From Chloroflexia bacterium (GTDB lineage Bacteria > Chloroflexota > Chloroflexia > QHBQ01 > JADMIH01): 64,000 nt of DNA. How positions within the stretch are numbered: the stretch's first letter is position 1; each line of letters opens with the position of its first letter. The position numbers and the translations under genes were made by a program. Positions 55,077-63,802 of this stretch are shown one piece after another. The notes under the pieces were generated by a model. It saw only the letters and a list, made by a program, of their open reading frames with translations, made no database searches and was not told where the DNA came from. The stretch is from NCBI GenBank assembly GCA_034437815.1, contig DAOTTC010000006.1, positions 1,616 to 65,615 on the forward strand, read 5' to 3'.

Positions 55077-57944
55077 TTATACCCGTTGCAGCTTTAGCAG
55101 GGTGTTAGCCGCCTGCACCATGCCTTCTTTGCCTACCAGAGGATACAGCAATTTGTAGAGTTCTGCACGGAGTCTAGCTTCTTGTTGTGGATCCCATGCA
55201 TAGCTTGGGTAGCGGGTGAACAGCTCGTTGATCTCTTTTGCCTGCTCTACCGACAGGCCGTTGGCGTTGGGCTTTAGAGCCGTGTATATGGCGAAGGTGT
55301 TTTCGTCTACGTTCATCTGCTCGCGCTGGGCTTCGGCCTCTACCACCTGACGCGCCAGACGGTCGAACTCTTCCAGAGCTTTCTCTGTTGTTATGCGTCG
55401 GTCTTCGTACATTTGCGCGAGGGCTTCGGCGCGTTCTCCTATGGGGATCAGATATGGCTTGGTCTGTCCCTCGGCATCAACGGTTACAGCCAGCACTTTG
55501 CGAAGGTTCAGCACTTTGGTGGTGTCGGTGGTGTTGCTCCGCTTCAGAGCCTCTAACTCGGCCACGCCCAGCTGATGGATTGCGCCCGGTAATTCCAGCT
55601 CGCTCGCCACGTGCTGGTGCAACAGTTCGCGGGTCTTAGTGGTCAGTTCCTTATCTATGTAGGGCTTTGGCGAGTAGGCATTGCGAACCAGAGCATACAA
55701 TTCAGCCAGCGCCCGGTAATCCTCCATGTAGGGGCGCAGGAAGGCGTCGGGGGACAGTATGTCGTACAGGCTCTGAACTTGCTTGAAGAACCGGTAGAAC
55801 TCTTCCCGCTTCTTCTTATCCTCAAAGCAGGCTACTGCCTGCTCTTTGGCCTTGTCGTCCCACCCTCTGGTGAGGGGCAGATAAGGCGCTGCTGTCTGCG
55901 TCATCATCAGGGCAAAGCGGTCCTTCAACACGCTGATGTTCTGGATTACCGAGGTTACCACGTCCGAGTCGAAGGCGAGGGCGCTTTCGAGGGTCTCGAA
56001 GATGCCTACGAAGTCCAGCACGAAGCCATACGGCTTGACCAGCCCGTCCTCATCTTCGTATGGCCTATTGACGCGCGCAATAGCCTGCAACAGCACGTGA
56101 TCGCGCATGGGCTTGTCCAAGTACATGCAGTAGAGGATGGGAGCGTCGTAGCCGGTCAGCAGTTTCTCCGTCACAATCAATATTTTGGGGGTTGAGTCCT
56201 TCCGGGCGAATGCCTTGCGGACTTCTTTCTCTTTATCAGGTAAAAGCTGGTACTGCCTGAGGATCGGAGGGTCGTTGTGAGCGGACGAGTAGACCACCTG
56301 AGAGTACTCCGGGAGCAGGTATTTATCCAGCGCCTGCTTGTACAAGGCGCAGGCTTCCCTGTCTACAGCCACGAGGAAGGCCTTGAAGCCCATCTTCTCT
56401 ACGTTCTGGGTGAAGTGTTGGGCCACAAACCGGGCAATTTTATCTATTCGGTCTGGCGCTTTCATCATCTCTTTCAACTCTACGGCCCGGTCGAGGATGG
56501 CGTTCAACTCTTCTATATCGCTCATGCCTTCAGCCTCGGCCAGCGTCAGGAACTCGCGCTCTAACGTATCGCGGTCTACCAGCAGGTCTGAGGGCGCAAG
56601 CTGGTAGTTGAGGCTGACGGTGGTGCCATCCTCTATGGATTCGGCTATGGAGTATTTATCGAGGTAGCCCTGTTCGTCGTCTGCGCCGAACACTTTGAAG
56701 GTGCCCTGCCCTCTGGAAAGCCGGTCTACGGGCGTGCCAGTGAACCCGATGTAGGTGGCATTTGGCAGTGCGGCCATGAGGTAGTTACCCAGATCGCCGC
56801 CGGTTGTGCGGTGCGCCTCGTCTACCAGCACGATGATGCTGTGCCGTGTGTTCACGTTGGCAGGGATGCCGTCGAACTTGTGGATCATGGTCACTATCAG
56901 CCCTCGCCGGTCGCTGGCCAGCAGTTGCTTCAGGTCGTTTTTGCTCTGGGCTACTTCCACATCGCCGATGCCGTAGGCGGTGATGTTCTTGAATAGCTGG
57001 GCTTCCAGTTCGTTGCGGTCCACCAGCATCAGCACTGTGGGCTTCTCTTTGCCGCTCCCTTCCCTCAGTAATTTGGAGGCTATGGTTATCATGGTGAGGG
57101 TCTTGCCGCTCCCCTGCGTATGCCAGATCAGCCCGCGCCTCTTGTGCCTGTCTGCCACCCTATCCAGCACCTTCTCCACGGCCCGCGTCTGGTGCTGCCT
57201 GAGTATCACTTTGGTGAGCTGGTCGTCTCTGGTCAGGAAAATGATGTAGTCGCGCAGTACCCTGAGGAAGCGGCTTCGGTCGAAGAACGCTTTGACCTTG
57301 CGCTCGAAATCGCCCCCCTGCTCATCTTTCCAGTTGAACAGGTTCTTGCGGCTGACGCTCCACGTCGCGCCATAGTAGAAGTCCCACAGCTGGGTGACTT
57401 CAAACACCTGAGGGGCAAGCAGCAGTTCGGGCGTCTCGCGCTCGTAGCGGCGTATCTGGTCTACGCCTTCGGCTATGCCGTCGGGTCGGCTGGCCGATTT
57501 GGTTTCGGCCAAGGCCACGGGTATGCCGTTGATGAGGAATACAATGTCGGCGCGGTTGGCGAAGCGCGCACCTTTGTGCCGCCACTCATCGGTGACGTGG
57601 AAGATGTTGTTGTCGGGGTTGTCGAAGTCTAGCAGGCGCACGTTGCGCTCGCGCTCCTCTGAAGGCACATACACCGACTGCTCACCCCGCAGCCATTCGA
57701 GGAGATCGCGGTTGCCTTCGATGTTGGGGCGCAGGGTTGACAGCCTGAGGACGACCTCGGCGGCGCGCTTGGCGTCTACCACACCGGGGTTGAGGCGCAT
57801 CAGTTGAGCCTCCAGATGGCCGGTGAAGAAGAAGCCTGTATCACCCCCACGCATCTGCAATGCCGTGTCAGGCGGGACGTACTCCCAGCCTATGTCCTGC
57901 GCATACTTGATCATAGGGTTCTGTACTGCGGACCGCTCGCTCAT
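55077..57944 (-). CDS. hsdR: Type I restriction endonuclease subunit R
   Basis: N-terminal nuclease region, helicase motifs HTQGSGKTLTM and LVDEAHRTT, and a C-terminal helical domain. Confidence 0.93.
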   Translation of the reverse strand: MSERSAVQNPMIKYAQDIGWEYVPPDTALQMRGGDTGFFFTGHLEAQLMRLNPGVVDAKRAAEVVLRLSTLRPNIEGNRDLLEWLRGEQSVYVPSEERERNVRLLDFDNPDNNIFHVTDEWRHKGARFANRADIVFLINGIPVALAETKSASRPDGIAEGVDQIRRYERETPELLLAPQVFEVTQLWDFYYGATWSVSRKNLFNWKDEQGGDFERKVKAFFDRSRFLRVLRDYIIFLTRDDQLTKVILRQHQTRAVEKVLDRVADRHKRRGLIWHTQGSGKTLTMITIASKLLREGSGKEKPTVLMLVDRNELEAQLFKNITAYGIGDVEVAQSKNDLKQLLASDRRGLIVTMIHKFDGIPANVNTRHSIIVLVDEAHRTTGGDLGNYLMAALPNATYIGFTGTPVDRLSRGQGTFKVFGADDEQGYLDKYSIAESIEDGTTVSLNYQLAPSDLLVDRDTLEREFLTLAEAEGMSDIEELNAILDRAVELKEMMKAPDRIDKIARFVAQHFTQNVEKMGFKAFLVAVDREACALYKQALDKYLLPEYSQVVYSSAHNDPPILRQYQLLPDKEKEVRKAFARKDSTPKILIVTEKLLTGYDAPILYCMYLDKPMRDHVLLQAIARVNRPYEDEDGLVKPYGFVLDFVGIFETLESALAFDSDVVTSVIQNISVLKDRFALMMTQTAAPYLPLTRGWDDKAKEQAVACFEDKKKREEFYRFFKQVQSLYDILSPDAFLRPYMEDYRALAELYALVRNAYSPKPYIDKELTTKTRELLHQHVASELELPGAIHQLGVAELEALKRSNTTDTTKVLNLRKVLAVTVDAEGQTKPYLIPIGERAEALAQMYEDRRITTEKALEEFDRLARQVVEAEAQREQMNVDENTFAIYTALKPNANGLSVEQAKEINELFTRYPSYAWDPQQEARLRAELYKLLYPLVGKEGMVQAANTLLKLQRV

Positions 57945-58034
57945 GGTGGCTCTTCTCCTGTTCTTCTCAGCTGTTCTCTGCTCAAGAGGGTGTCCTGAGT
58001 AAGACGCAGGAATTGTTATGCTATATCGCTCAGA

Positions 58035-58493
58035 TCAGAAAGGGAATGTGTCGGGTGTGCATGTGGCTACCGCTGTGGAGGCGCGCTGTAGCTGCTGCCG
58101 GTCCCAACTCACCAGAGGGATGCTCATCCGCTGGGCGACAGCTACGTAAACGGCATCACCTGCGCGTAGGCTGAGGTCGGCGGCAACATCAATACTCTCC
58201 TGTACCAGTGTGGCATCGAGCGGGATGAGGCGCATCTCGCTCACGTTCTGTAGGGACTGCGCGGCCTGTCTGGCTATCGCGGCGGGGCCTGACTGCCGGG
58301 CAATGGCTGCCGCCACCTCGATGAGCAAAAGGGTCGGGGCTATGAGCAGTCCCCCGGCGTCTATAAATTTACTCATCCAATCAACGCTGGCCGCATGGTT
58401 GCGGTCCCAGTGCATGTACCAGCTTGCCCAGACGCTTGCATCTATAACCACGCTGGGATGTCGAAGCGAAACGGGCCGGACAGGGGTCGCCAT
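58035..58493 (-). CDS. vapC: PIN-domain toxin VapC
   Basis: Acidic residues in VVIDASVW, LLLIEVAAA, RAGDAVYVAVA and SWD. The start overlaps the antitoxin stop (TAATG). Confidence 0.8.
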   Translation of the reverse strand: MATPVRPVSLRHPSVVIDASVWASWYMHWDRNHAASVDWMSKFIDAGGLLIAPTLLLIEVAAAIARQSGPAAIARQAAQSLQNVSEMRLIPLDATLVQESIDVAADLSLRAGDAVYVAVAQRMSIPLVSWDRQQLQRASTAVATCTPDTFPF

Positions 58494-58750
58494 TAGAGCT
58501 TACGCCTTACATCGCGTATGGCCTCCACCGCGTCTATATTTGGCGGCAGGTACTGCGCCAGTTCCTCCGATAGCCGCTCCATTTCCTGCCACACGGTATC
58601 ACGTGCTGTGTCGCCCGGCTCCTCCGCAGGCACTATGCGCGCCACCACCATACCATAGCTGATAATTTCGACGATCTGATGTTCTTCTTGCACCCGGCGG
58701 AGCACCTCAAACAGGTGCTCTTGTAGGTCTTCAATTTCGATGGTGGTCAT
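58493..58750 (-). CDS. Antitoxin (Phd/YefM-like N-terminus) of the VapC toxin
   Basis: 85 aa. MTTIEIEDLQEHLFEVLRRVQEEHQIVEIISYGMVVARIVP. It overlaps vapC by 1 nt. Confidence 0.65.
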   Translation of the reverse strand: MTTIEIEDLQEHLFEVLRRVQEEHQIVEIISYGMVVARIVPAEEPGDTARDTVWQEMERLSEELAQYLPPNIDAVEAIRDVRRKL

Positions 58751-58876
58751 ACTGTAATGATCTCCTTTTTGCGTAACGCTCGGTGGCTCCTTGTGGGCGG
58801 CCTTTAGCCTGTCCTTACTATTTTAGCATAAGTGCAATAATCAACTCATTAATGTCTGCGCGCTGGGGCATTGTGC

Positions 58877-60139
58877 TCATGGTGGGGTTTCCCCTTCAAC
58901 CAGAGGCAGCGCCGACAGCCTCCCGGTCATTAGCTCTTCCAGCATGGTCTTGAAAAGCTCTTCCAGCAGAAGAATCTCGTTTTGCAGAGCATCTTGCTTT
59001 GCGTCACATTGTTGAAGGACCTCTGCTATTTCTTCTTGTTCAGCGATTGGTGGCACTGGTAATAAGAAGGCTTTTAGCCTAGCTCCAGATAAGTTTGGTA
59101 TCGTAGTCTTATTGCCATAGCCCTCATAGTGCTTGAAGATTAACATGGCTGCTTGCATCCAGTACATAAAGAACTCAGGCACCACGGCAGTATCCTGTTT
59201 TCGACGTAGACGATGAAGATGATTCTGGTAGTAACAATCAGGTAATTCACCATTCCACATAGCTGTTCGGCCAATCTCACCCCCTTCGCACACAAGAAGG
59301 TCGCCGGGCCGCAATTCTAGCTTGTTGCATTCGTCAGGCGTGAAATCCATCTGGTCCAAGGTTGATAGATCGAGTCGGCCCCATAACACATTAGCAGTAC
59401 GAAGAAACGGTTTTGGATTTGATCCCTGACGGCTTTTCACAGATAGTGCCTTGCCCTGTTGGACATCAAATAGCTCCCCCAGCCTCACCACCCTCCAACT
59501 CTCCGGCATCAGCCCGATCTCAGTCTCCTTCAGAGGCTCGCCGCGAGTGCCGTGCGTGAACAGGTGCTGCATGAGGGCAGCCTTGCGCTCGCGCTCCAAT
59601 TCCAGCTCGCGCTGCCGGGCTTCTTTGGCCTCCTGCACGGTTCGCAGGGCGCGGGCTATTGCGCGCTGTTCGGACAAAGGAGGGAGTGGGATAGGCAACT
59701 CATTGATCTTCGACTTGTTCAGAGTGTTACCCTTTACCGCACGATCTTGGTGGTCGCTGAAGTTGATAGTGGGCAAGTAAAACATCAGGAAATCACGATC
59801 AACCTCTGACTTTGGGTATATAGAGATTATCGCCTCATTGTGGAAGGCATGTATACCGAGTATTGATACGCGCCCTATAGTTAGTTTGAAGCTCATAAGG
59901 AGAGTTCCTGCAGGAACAAGCCTGCCGCGGAATATCTCCTGATAGGCATCGGACGATACCGCTTCCTTGGTACGACAGATGAGGCCGTATTCCTGCATGT
60001 CGGCGATGCTTACCCACGGGTACTGACCTGCTTGCCAGTATCTGGTTACATTACGTGGTGGTGTCCTACCTAATGCATAATGTGCCACTTCGCTAAACTT
60101 AGTAACACGCCAATGCGAGGGGAAGTTAGATGGGCCCAT
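58877..60139 (-). CDS. hsdS: Type I R-M specificity subunit
   Basis: Two target-recognition domains are separated by conserved helices LPPLSEQRAIARAL and LPVPPIAEQEEIAEVL. The TRD regions are AT-richer. Confidence 0.9.
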   Translation of the reverse strand: MGPSNFPSHWRVTKFSEVAHYALGRTPPRNVTRYWQAGQYPWVSIADMQEYGLICRTKEAVSSDAYQEIFRGRLVPAGTLLMSFKLTIGRVSILGIHAFHNEAIISIYPKSEVDRDFLMFYLPTINFSDHQDRAVKGNTLNKSKINELPIPLPPLSEQRAIARALRTVQEAKEARQRELELERERKAALMQHLFTHGTRGEPLKETEIGLMPESWRVVRLGELFDVQQGKALSVKSRQGSNPKPFLRTANVLWGRLDLSTLDQMDFTPDECNKLELRPGDLLVCEGGEIGRTAMWNGELPDCYYQNHLHRLRRKQDTAVVPEFFMYWMQAAMLIFKHYEGYGNKTTIPNLSGARLKAFLLPVPPIAEQEEIAEVLQQCDAKQDALQNEILLLEELFKTMLEELMTGRLSALPLVEGETPP

Positions 60140-60141
60140 CC

Positions 60142-61767
60142 CTATACCTCACCCATACCTAGCCGTGCCAACATAGCATCCAAAGCTACATCCGCCTGCT
60201 CTCGCTCCTTTCGGGCAATGCTAAGGTCGGCCAGAATCTCACTCAGGGGCCGGTGGGTTGCCCGGTCGTTCACCTCCACGAACTGCGAGGGGCTTAGATT
60301 GTAGTCGGCGGCACGAGCTTCTTCTATGGTGATCACCCGACTCAGCTTCCCTCGCGTCTCCCATCGGTGGTACACCTCGACGACGGCGGCGATGCCCTCA
60401 TCGGTCAGCACGTTCTTGGGCTTCTCCTTGCGAAAGTAGGCCGAGGCGTTCACCAGCAGGATTTGGCCCTTGCGCTCTTCCGACTTATGGCGGTTAAGGA
60501 GCATGATGATGCCGGGCGCTGAGGTGTTGTAGAAGAGGTTTTCAGGGAGCAGGATCACCGCTTCGATGAAGTCGTGCTCCACGAACTGCCTGCGAATTTC
60601 CTTCTCCTTGTTGGTCTGCTTACTGCCCGACCCGCGCGATACCGCGCCGGTATCCAGCACGATGGCGGCCCGCCCGGTGTCCCGGAGCGAAGCCAGTATA
60701 TGCTGTACCCAGCCCCAGTCGGCAGACGAGCGCGGAGGGATACCGTAGCGGAACCGACCCCACTGGTCGGCCTCGTAGAAGTTTTCATCGTAGTTGTCCT
60801 GATTCCACATGGGGTTTGCCACAACGTAATCGAAGCGTTGCAGACCCGCTCCCTTAGGGGCAGTCTGCGGATTGCGTAACGTATCGCCTAGGTAGATACG
60901 GGCGTCGGTGTAGTCGTGCAGGAACATGTTCATCTTGGCCATTGCGTAGGTGGTGGGGTTGAGTTCCTGCCCGGAGAGTTTGGGTGCAAGATCGGCCTTA
61001 TCGGGGTTGTGCTGTATGTAGACCTGTCGCGCCTTGATGAGCAGGCCGCCCGAACCACATGCCGGGTCGTATATCTCGGCCTGCGGCATGGGGTCAATCA
61101 GTTCGGCCATGAGCCTGCCCACCTCCATGGGGGTATAGAACTCGCCCGCACTCTGACCCTGCCCCTCGGCGAACTTGCGCAACAGGTATTCGTAGGCGCG
61201 ACCCAGAATATCAGGCTCGGCGTTCTTGAGGCCCAGACGGTGGCGGCTGATTATCTCGATCAGAGCCGATAAGCGGTCGTCGTCAATCGTGCGCTGTCCG
61301 CTCTGGCGCTCGTTGTAGTCGCGCACGTTTATCACGCCATCGAGCGGAGGGTTCTGGCGGGCAACGGCGCGCATGGCCTCGCTCACGAACTGGCCCAGAC
61401 CATCCAGCGGGTGGTTGCGGATAGCATTCCAGTGGTATTCACGCGGGATGAAGAAGCGCACAATGCCCCTCCGCCCGCTCTTCAATGCATCTTCGTGGTC
61501 TGCGCTAACGATCTCCCATGCCAGACCTTCATCGCCGTACAGCTTTACCTGTTCGGCGAACTCATCGTCAAAAACATCGGACAAACGCTTGTAGAAAATC
61601 AGAGGAAGGATGAAGTCCTTGAACTTGGGTGCATCAGTGGCCCCACGAATGGCGCAGGCCGCATCCCAGAGCCATGCTTCGAGTGCGGCGAGGTCCAGAT
61701 GCTCCTCGGAAGGGTTAAGAGGCAGGGCAGTCTGCTTAACGGTGGACGCCATAAAGCATACTCCCAT
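60142..61767 (-). CDS. hsdM: Type I R-M N6-adenine DNA methyltransferase subunit
   Basis: HsdM N-domain, motif I YDPACGSGGLL, motif IV VVANPMW. Probable start ATG 61752. Confidence 0.93.
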   Translation of the reverse strand: MGVCFMASTVKQTALPLNPSEEHLDLAALEAWLWDAACAIRGATDAPKFKDFILPLIFYKRLSDVFDDEFAEQVKLYGDEGLAWEIVSADHEDALKSGRRGIVRFFIPREYHWNAIRNHPLDGLGQFVSEAMRAVARQNPPLDGVINVRDYNERQSGQRTIDDDRLSALIEIISRHRLGLKNAEPDILGRAYEYLLRKFAEGQGQSAGEFYTPMEVGRLMAELIDPMPQAEIYDPACGSGGLLIKARQVYIQHNPDKADLAPKLSGQELNPTTYAMAKMNMFLHDYTDARIYLGDTLRNPQTAPKGAGLQRFDYVVANPMWNQDNYDENFYEADQWGRFRYGIPPRSSADWGWVQHILASLRDTGRAAIVLDTGAVSRGSGSKQTNKEKEIRRQFVEHDFIEAVILLPENLFYNTSAPGIIMLLNRHKSEERKGQILLVNASAYFRKEKPKNVLTDEGIAAVVEVYHRWETRGKLSRVITIEEARAADYNLSPSQFVEVNDRATHRPLSEILADLSIARKEREQADVALDAMLARLGMGEV

Positions 61768-61899
61768 ATGGTATCAGGATGAAGTACCGGGAGCATCGTT
61801 TTATCAGATATGGCTGGCATTGTCAAGCCTGTCAGGCCGGTCTATCCCATACCTCTGCCTGTAATGCCCGGTATCTCACCTCACCTCATCTCATCTTAC

Positions 61900-62628
61900 T
61901 CAGTCTCGTCCTGCATCCGGCACTTTACGGGCCGATGGCTTTCCCTCCTCTAAGATGAGAGTAGTCTCAACGTACAAGTGGCTCTTCTCTATTGCCGCTA
62001 AAGCCTGCGCTATTAGTTTCTCAACCTTGGCCCGTTCGCCTTCCTCCAAACATGTATAGATATTGCTCTCTAGCGCCAGAAAGCGTATGACCCTCAGCAC
62101 ATTCTTAGCCATTAAGGGAAGGTAATGAAGCTCTAGTGACCAGAGCTTAGGAAAGTAATGCACGAGCTTATTGCGTAGCTTATGCAAGCTGTCCAAGGAA
62201 CGCTTTTCTTGATCTGTAAGCTGCAGCGGATTGGAAACATAAGCTGCATTTTGACTAAGTTCAATCACTTTTTGGAAGCTTAATAATCGTTCGTCATCTT
62301 CCTTTTTTCGACGTTTCTTATATTTTTCTAGCTCTTCACTAGCAGCTCGCCTTACTTCCGGATCTAGAGAAACTTGAGCCAGTATCGATGCTTCATCCTC
62401 GGAATATTGCGGTTCCTTCCCTTGCGGCTTTTCCCTCACATTCTCGGGGTTGGTGCCCCGGCACGCACTGACCGCGAAACCATACACTGCTCCGTAGAGG
62501 GCTAGGATCACCCACTTCCATAGCATAACATCCTGCTCTACCTCTTGCAGCCATATACACGCACGCTCTAAGCAGTCTAACGCATTAGTTTCCTCAGTGA
62601 GCCTTAGATATCTTGGTTCGACAGACAT
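61900..62628 (-). CDS. Hypothetical 242-aa protein with Rx4H (HEPN-like) motif; either an orphan RHS-toxin immunity protein or an R-M-linked RNase
   Basis: LHKLRNKLVHYFP (R152-H157, 62158-62175). One hydrophobic segment WKWVILALYGAVYGFAVSA. AT-rich. The start overlaps the upstream RHS-CT ORF by 25 nt. Confidence 0.45.
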   Translation of the reverse strand: MSVEPRYLRLTEETNALDCLERACIWLQEVEQDVMLWKWVILALYGAVYGFAVSACRGTNPENVREKPQGKEPQYSEDEASILAQVSLDPEVRRAASEELEKYKKRRKKEDDERLLSFQKVIELSQNAAYVSNPLQLTDQEKRSLDSLHKLRNKLVHYFPKLWSLELHYLPLMAKNVLRVIRFLALESNIYTCLEEGERAKVEKLIAQALAAIEKSHLYVETTLILEEGKPSARKVPDAGRD

Positions 62629-63050
62629 AATCGTTCATCCTCCTCCCAGCCAAATTTTGCACTGATAAGAGGCCCAACCCCAGAGAGGCGCTTGTAACAA
62701 ATTCTGGAGAGACGATACCCCAATACTGAGGTCAGGCCGTGTTTGCTTTGTAGCCCGCTGAGCAGTGCCCCCTCGTGGAAGTCCACCGTCAGCAAGCTGT
62801 TCTGCTCCTGCCCCACCGTGCCCAGCGCACCACCCGCACCCAATGAGGCACCCGGCACTATGCTGTCGGGGCTGATGAAGCGTGCAAGGCCGGGGTCGTA
62901 ATACCTTGCGTGGTAATACAGAAGGCCTGTGCCGTCCAGCCTCTGCCCCGTGTAGTTGAGCGTGGTGTGCCCTATGCCTATGCCCCCAGTGCGTACCTTG
63001 CCCCACGGGTCGTACTCCTGCTGAGACACCACCTGCCCGCTGGCGTTATA
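62604..63050 (-). pseudogene. 5'-truncated (orphan) RHS core end plus ~80-aa C-terminal toxin domain of unknown family
   Basis: YNASGQVVSQQEYDPWGKV...YTGQRLDGTGLLYYHARYYDPGLARFISPDSIVPG is the RHS-associated core terminus. The frame is closed by TAG at 63051-63053, where a repeat copy begins. Confidence 0.75.
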
Positions 63051-63125
63051 CTATTTATCCAAGCAGGGGTGGTAAATATCAGGGTGCAGGGGTGCTCTCC
63101 TAACATAGCCTTTCCCCCACGTATT
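63044..63125 (-). repeat. Dispersed intergenic repeat, copy 11 (module C, 3' end abutting the truncated RHS gene)
   Basis: The reverse complement ggagagcacccctgcaccctgatatttaccacccctgcttggataaatagtataacg matches gggagcgcccctgcaccccggtatttagcacctttgctcggataattggtattacg. Confidence 0.7.
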
Positions 63126-63342
63126 GGAATGCCATCTGCACTACCAACTCCATTGAGCGATTGAGGGGGTGAAGTGATCTCACAAAATAAGCGAGATAAG
63201 CTACCCTTCCGTAACGAAGGGATCTGTTTGTTAATGTTCTACGCGGTGATCAGAGGCGTGAAGTTACAGAGGCATAGTGAGCCTCTGTGAGTAGTGGGCA
63301 GTCTAGCCCCGATTTTACGCGACCTTGACCGCCTTCTAGAGT

Positions 63343-63792
63343 TCATGTCTCTGAGAGATGGTCATAATATGGGCTCCAATTTTGCAAATCATAAGGCGGC
63401 TCTCCAAGTTTACTTGGGACACGGTACCACCAGTAACCCTTTTTTATAACGTTATCCAGAATTGGCAGCAAGGGTTCCTCTACCGCCTTTGTTACCTCAA
63501 TAAACATAGCATCCCAAGGCTGCAATGCAGCAAGCAGTTTGCTCTGAACAGCTGGTGGCACCTGGCTAATTAATTCTTCGAGGAGATCTCTGGCACCAAG
63601 ACTGTTAGTATAATCAGCAAAGGAGTCATTATATCCCTGTGCGATTTCAATTACAAAATTGCGCCAGTCCTGTAATAACATCTCCAAGGTAATTGGAAAC
63701 TTGGCGCGTCTAGAGAAAGAGTCAAGAATAGCGGTAACAAGCTTCAACTCATCCGCGGATAAATGAAGGTTAGCGTCCATATTTAATCCCAT
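63343..63792 (-). CDS. Putative immunity protein of the upstream polymorphic toxin
   Basis: 149 aa, acidic, AT-rich. It starts 11 nt after the stop of the toxin C-terminus. No family recognised. Confidence 0.45.
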   Translation of the reverse strand: MGLNMDANLHLSADELKLVTAILDSFSRRAKFPITLEMLLQDWRNFVIEIAQGYNDSFADYTNSLGARDLLEELISQVPPAVQSKLLAALQPWDAMFIEVTKAVEEPLLPILDNVIKKGYWWYRVPSKLGEPPYDLQNWSPYYDHLSET

Positions 63793-63802
63793 CTATCCCT
63801 TA

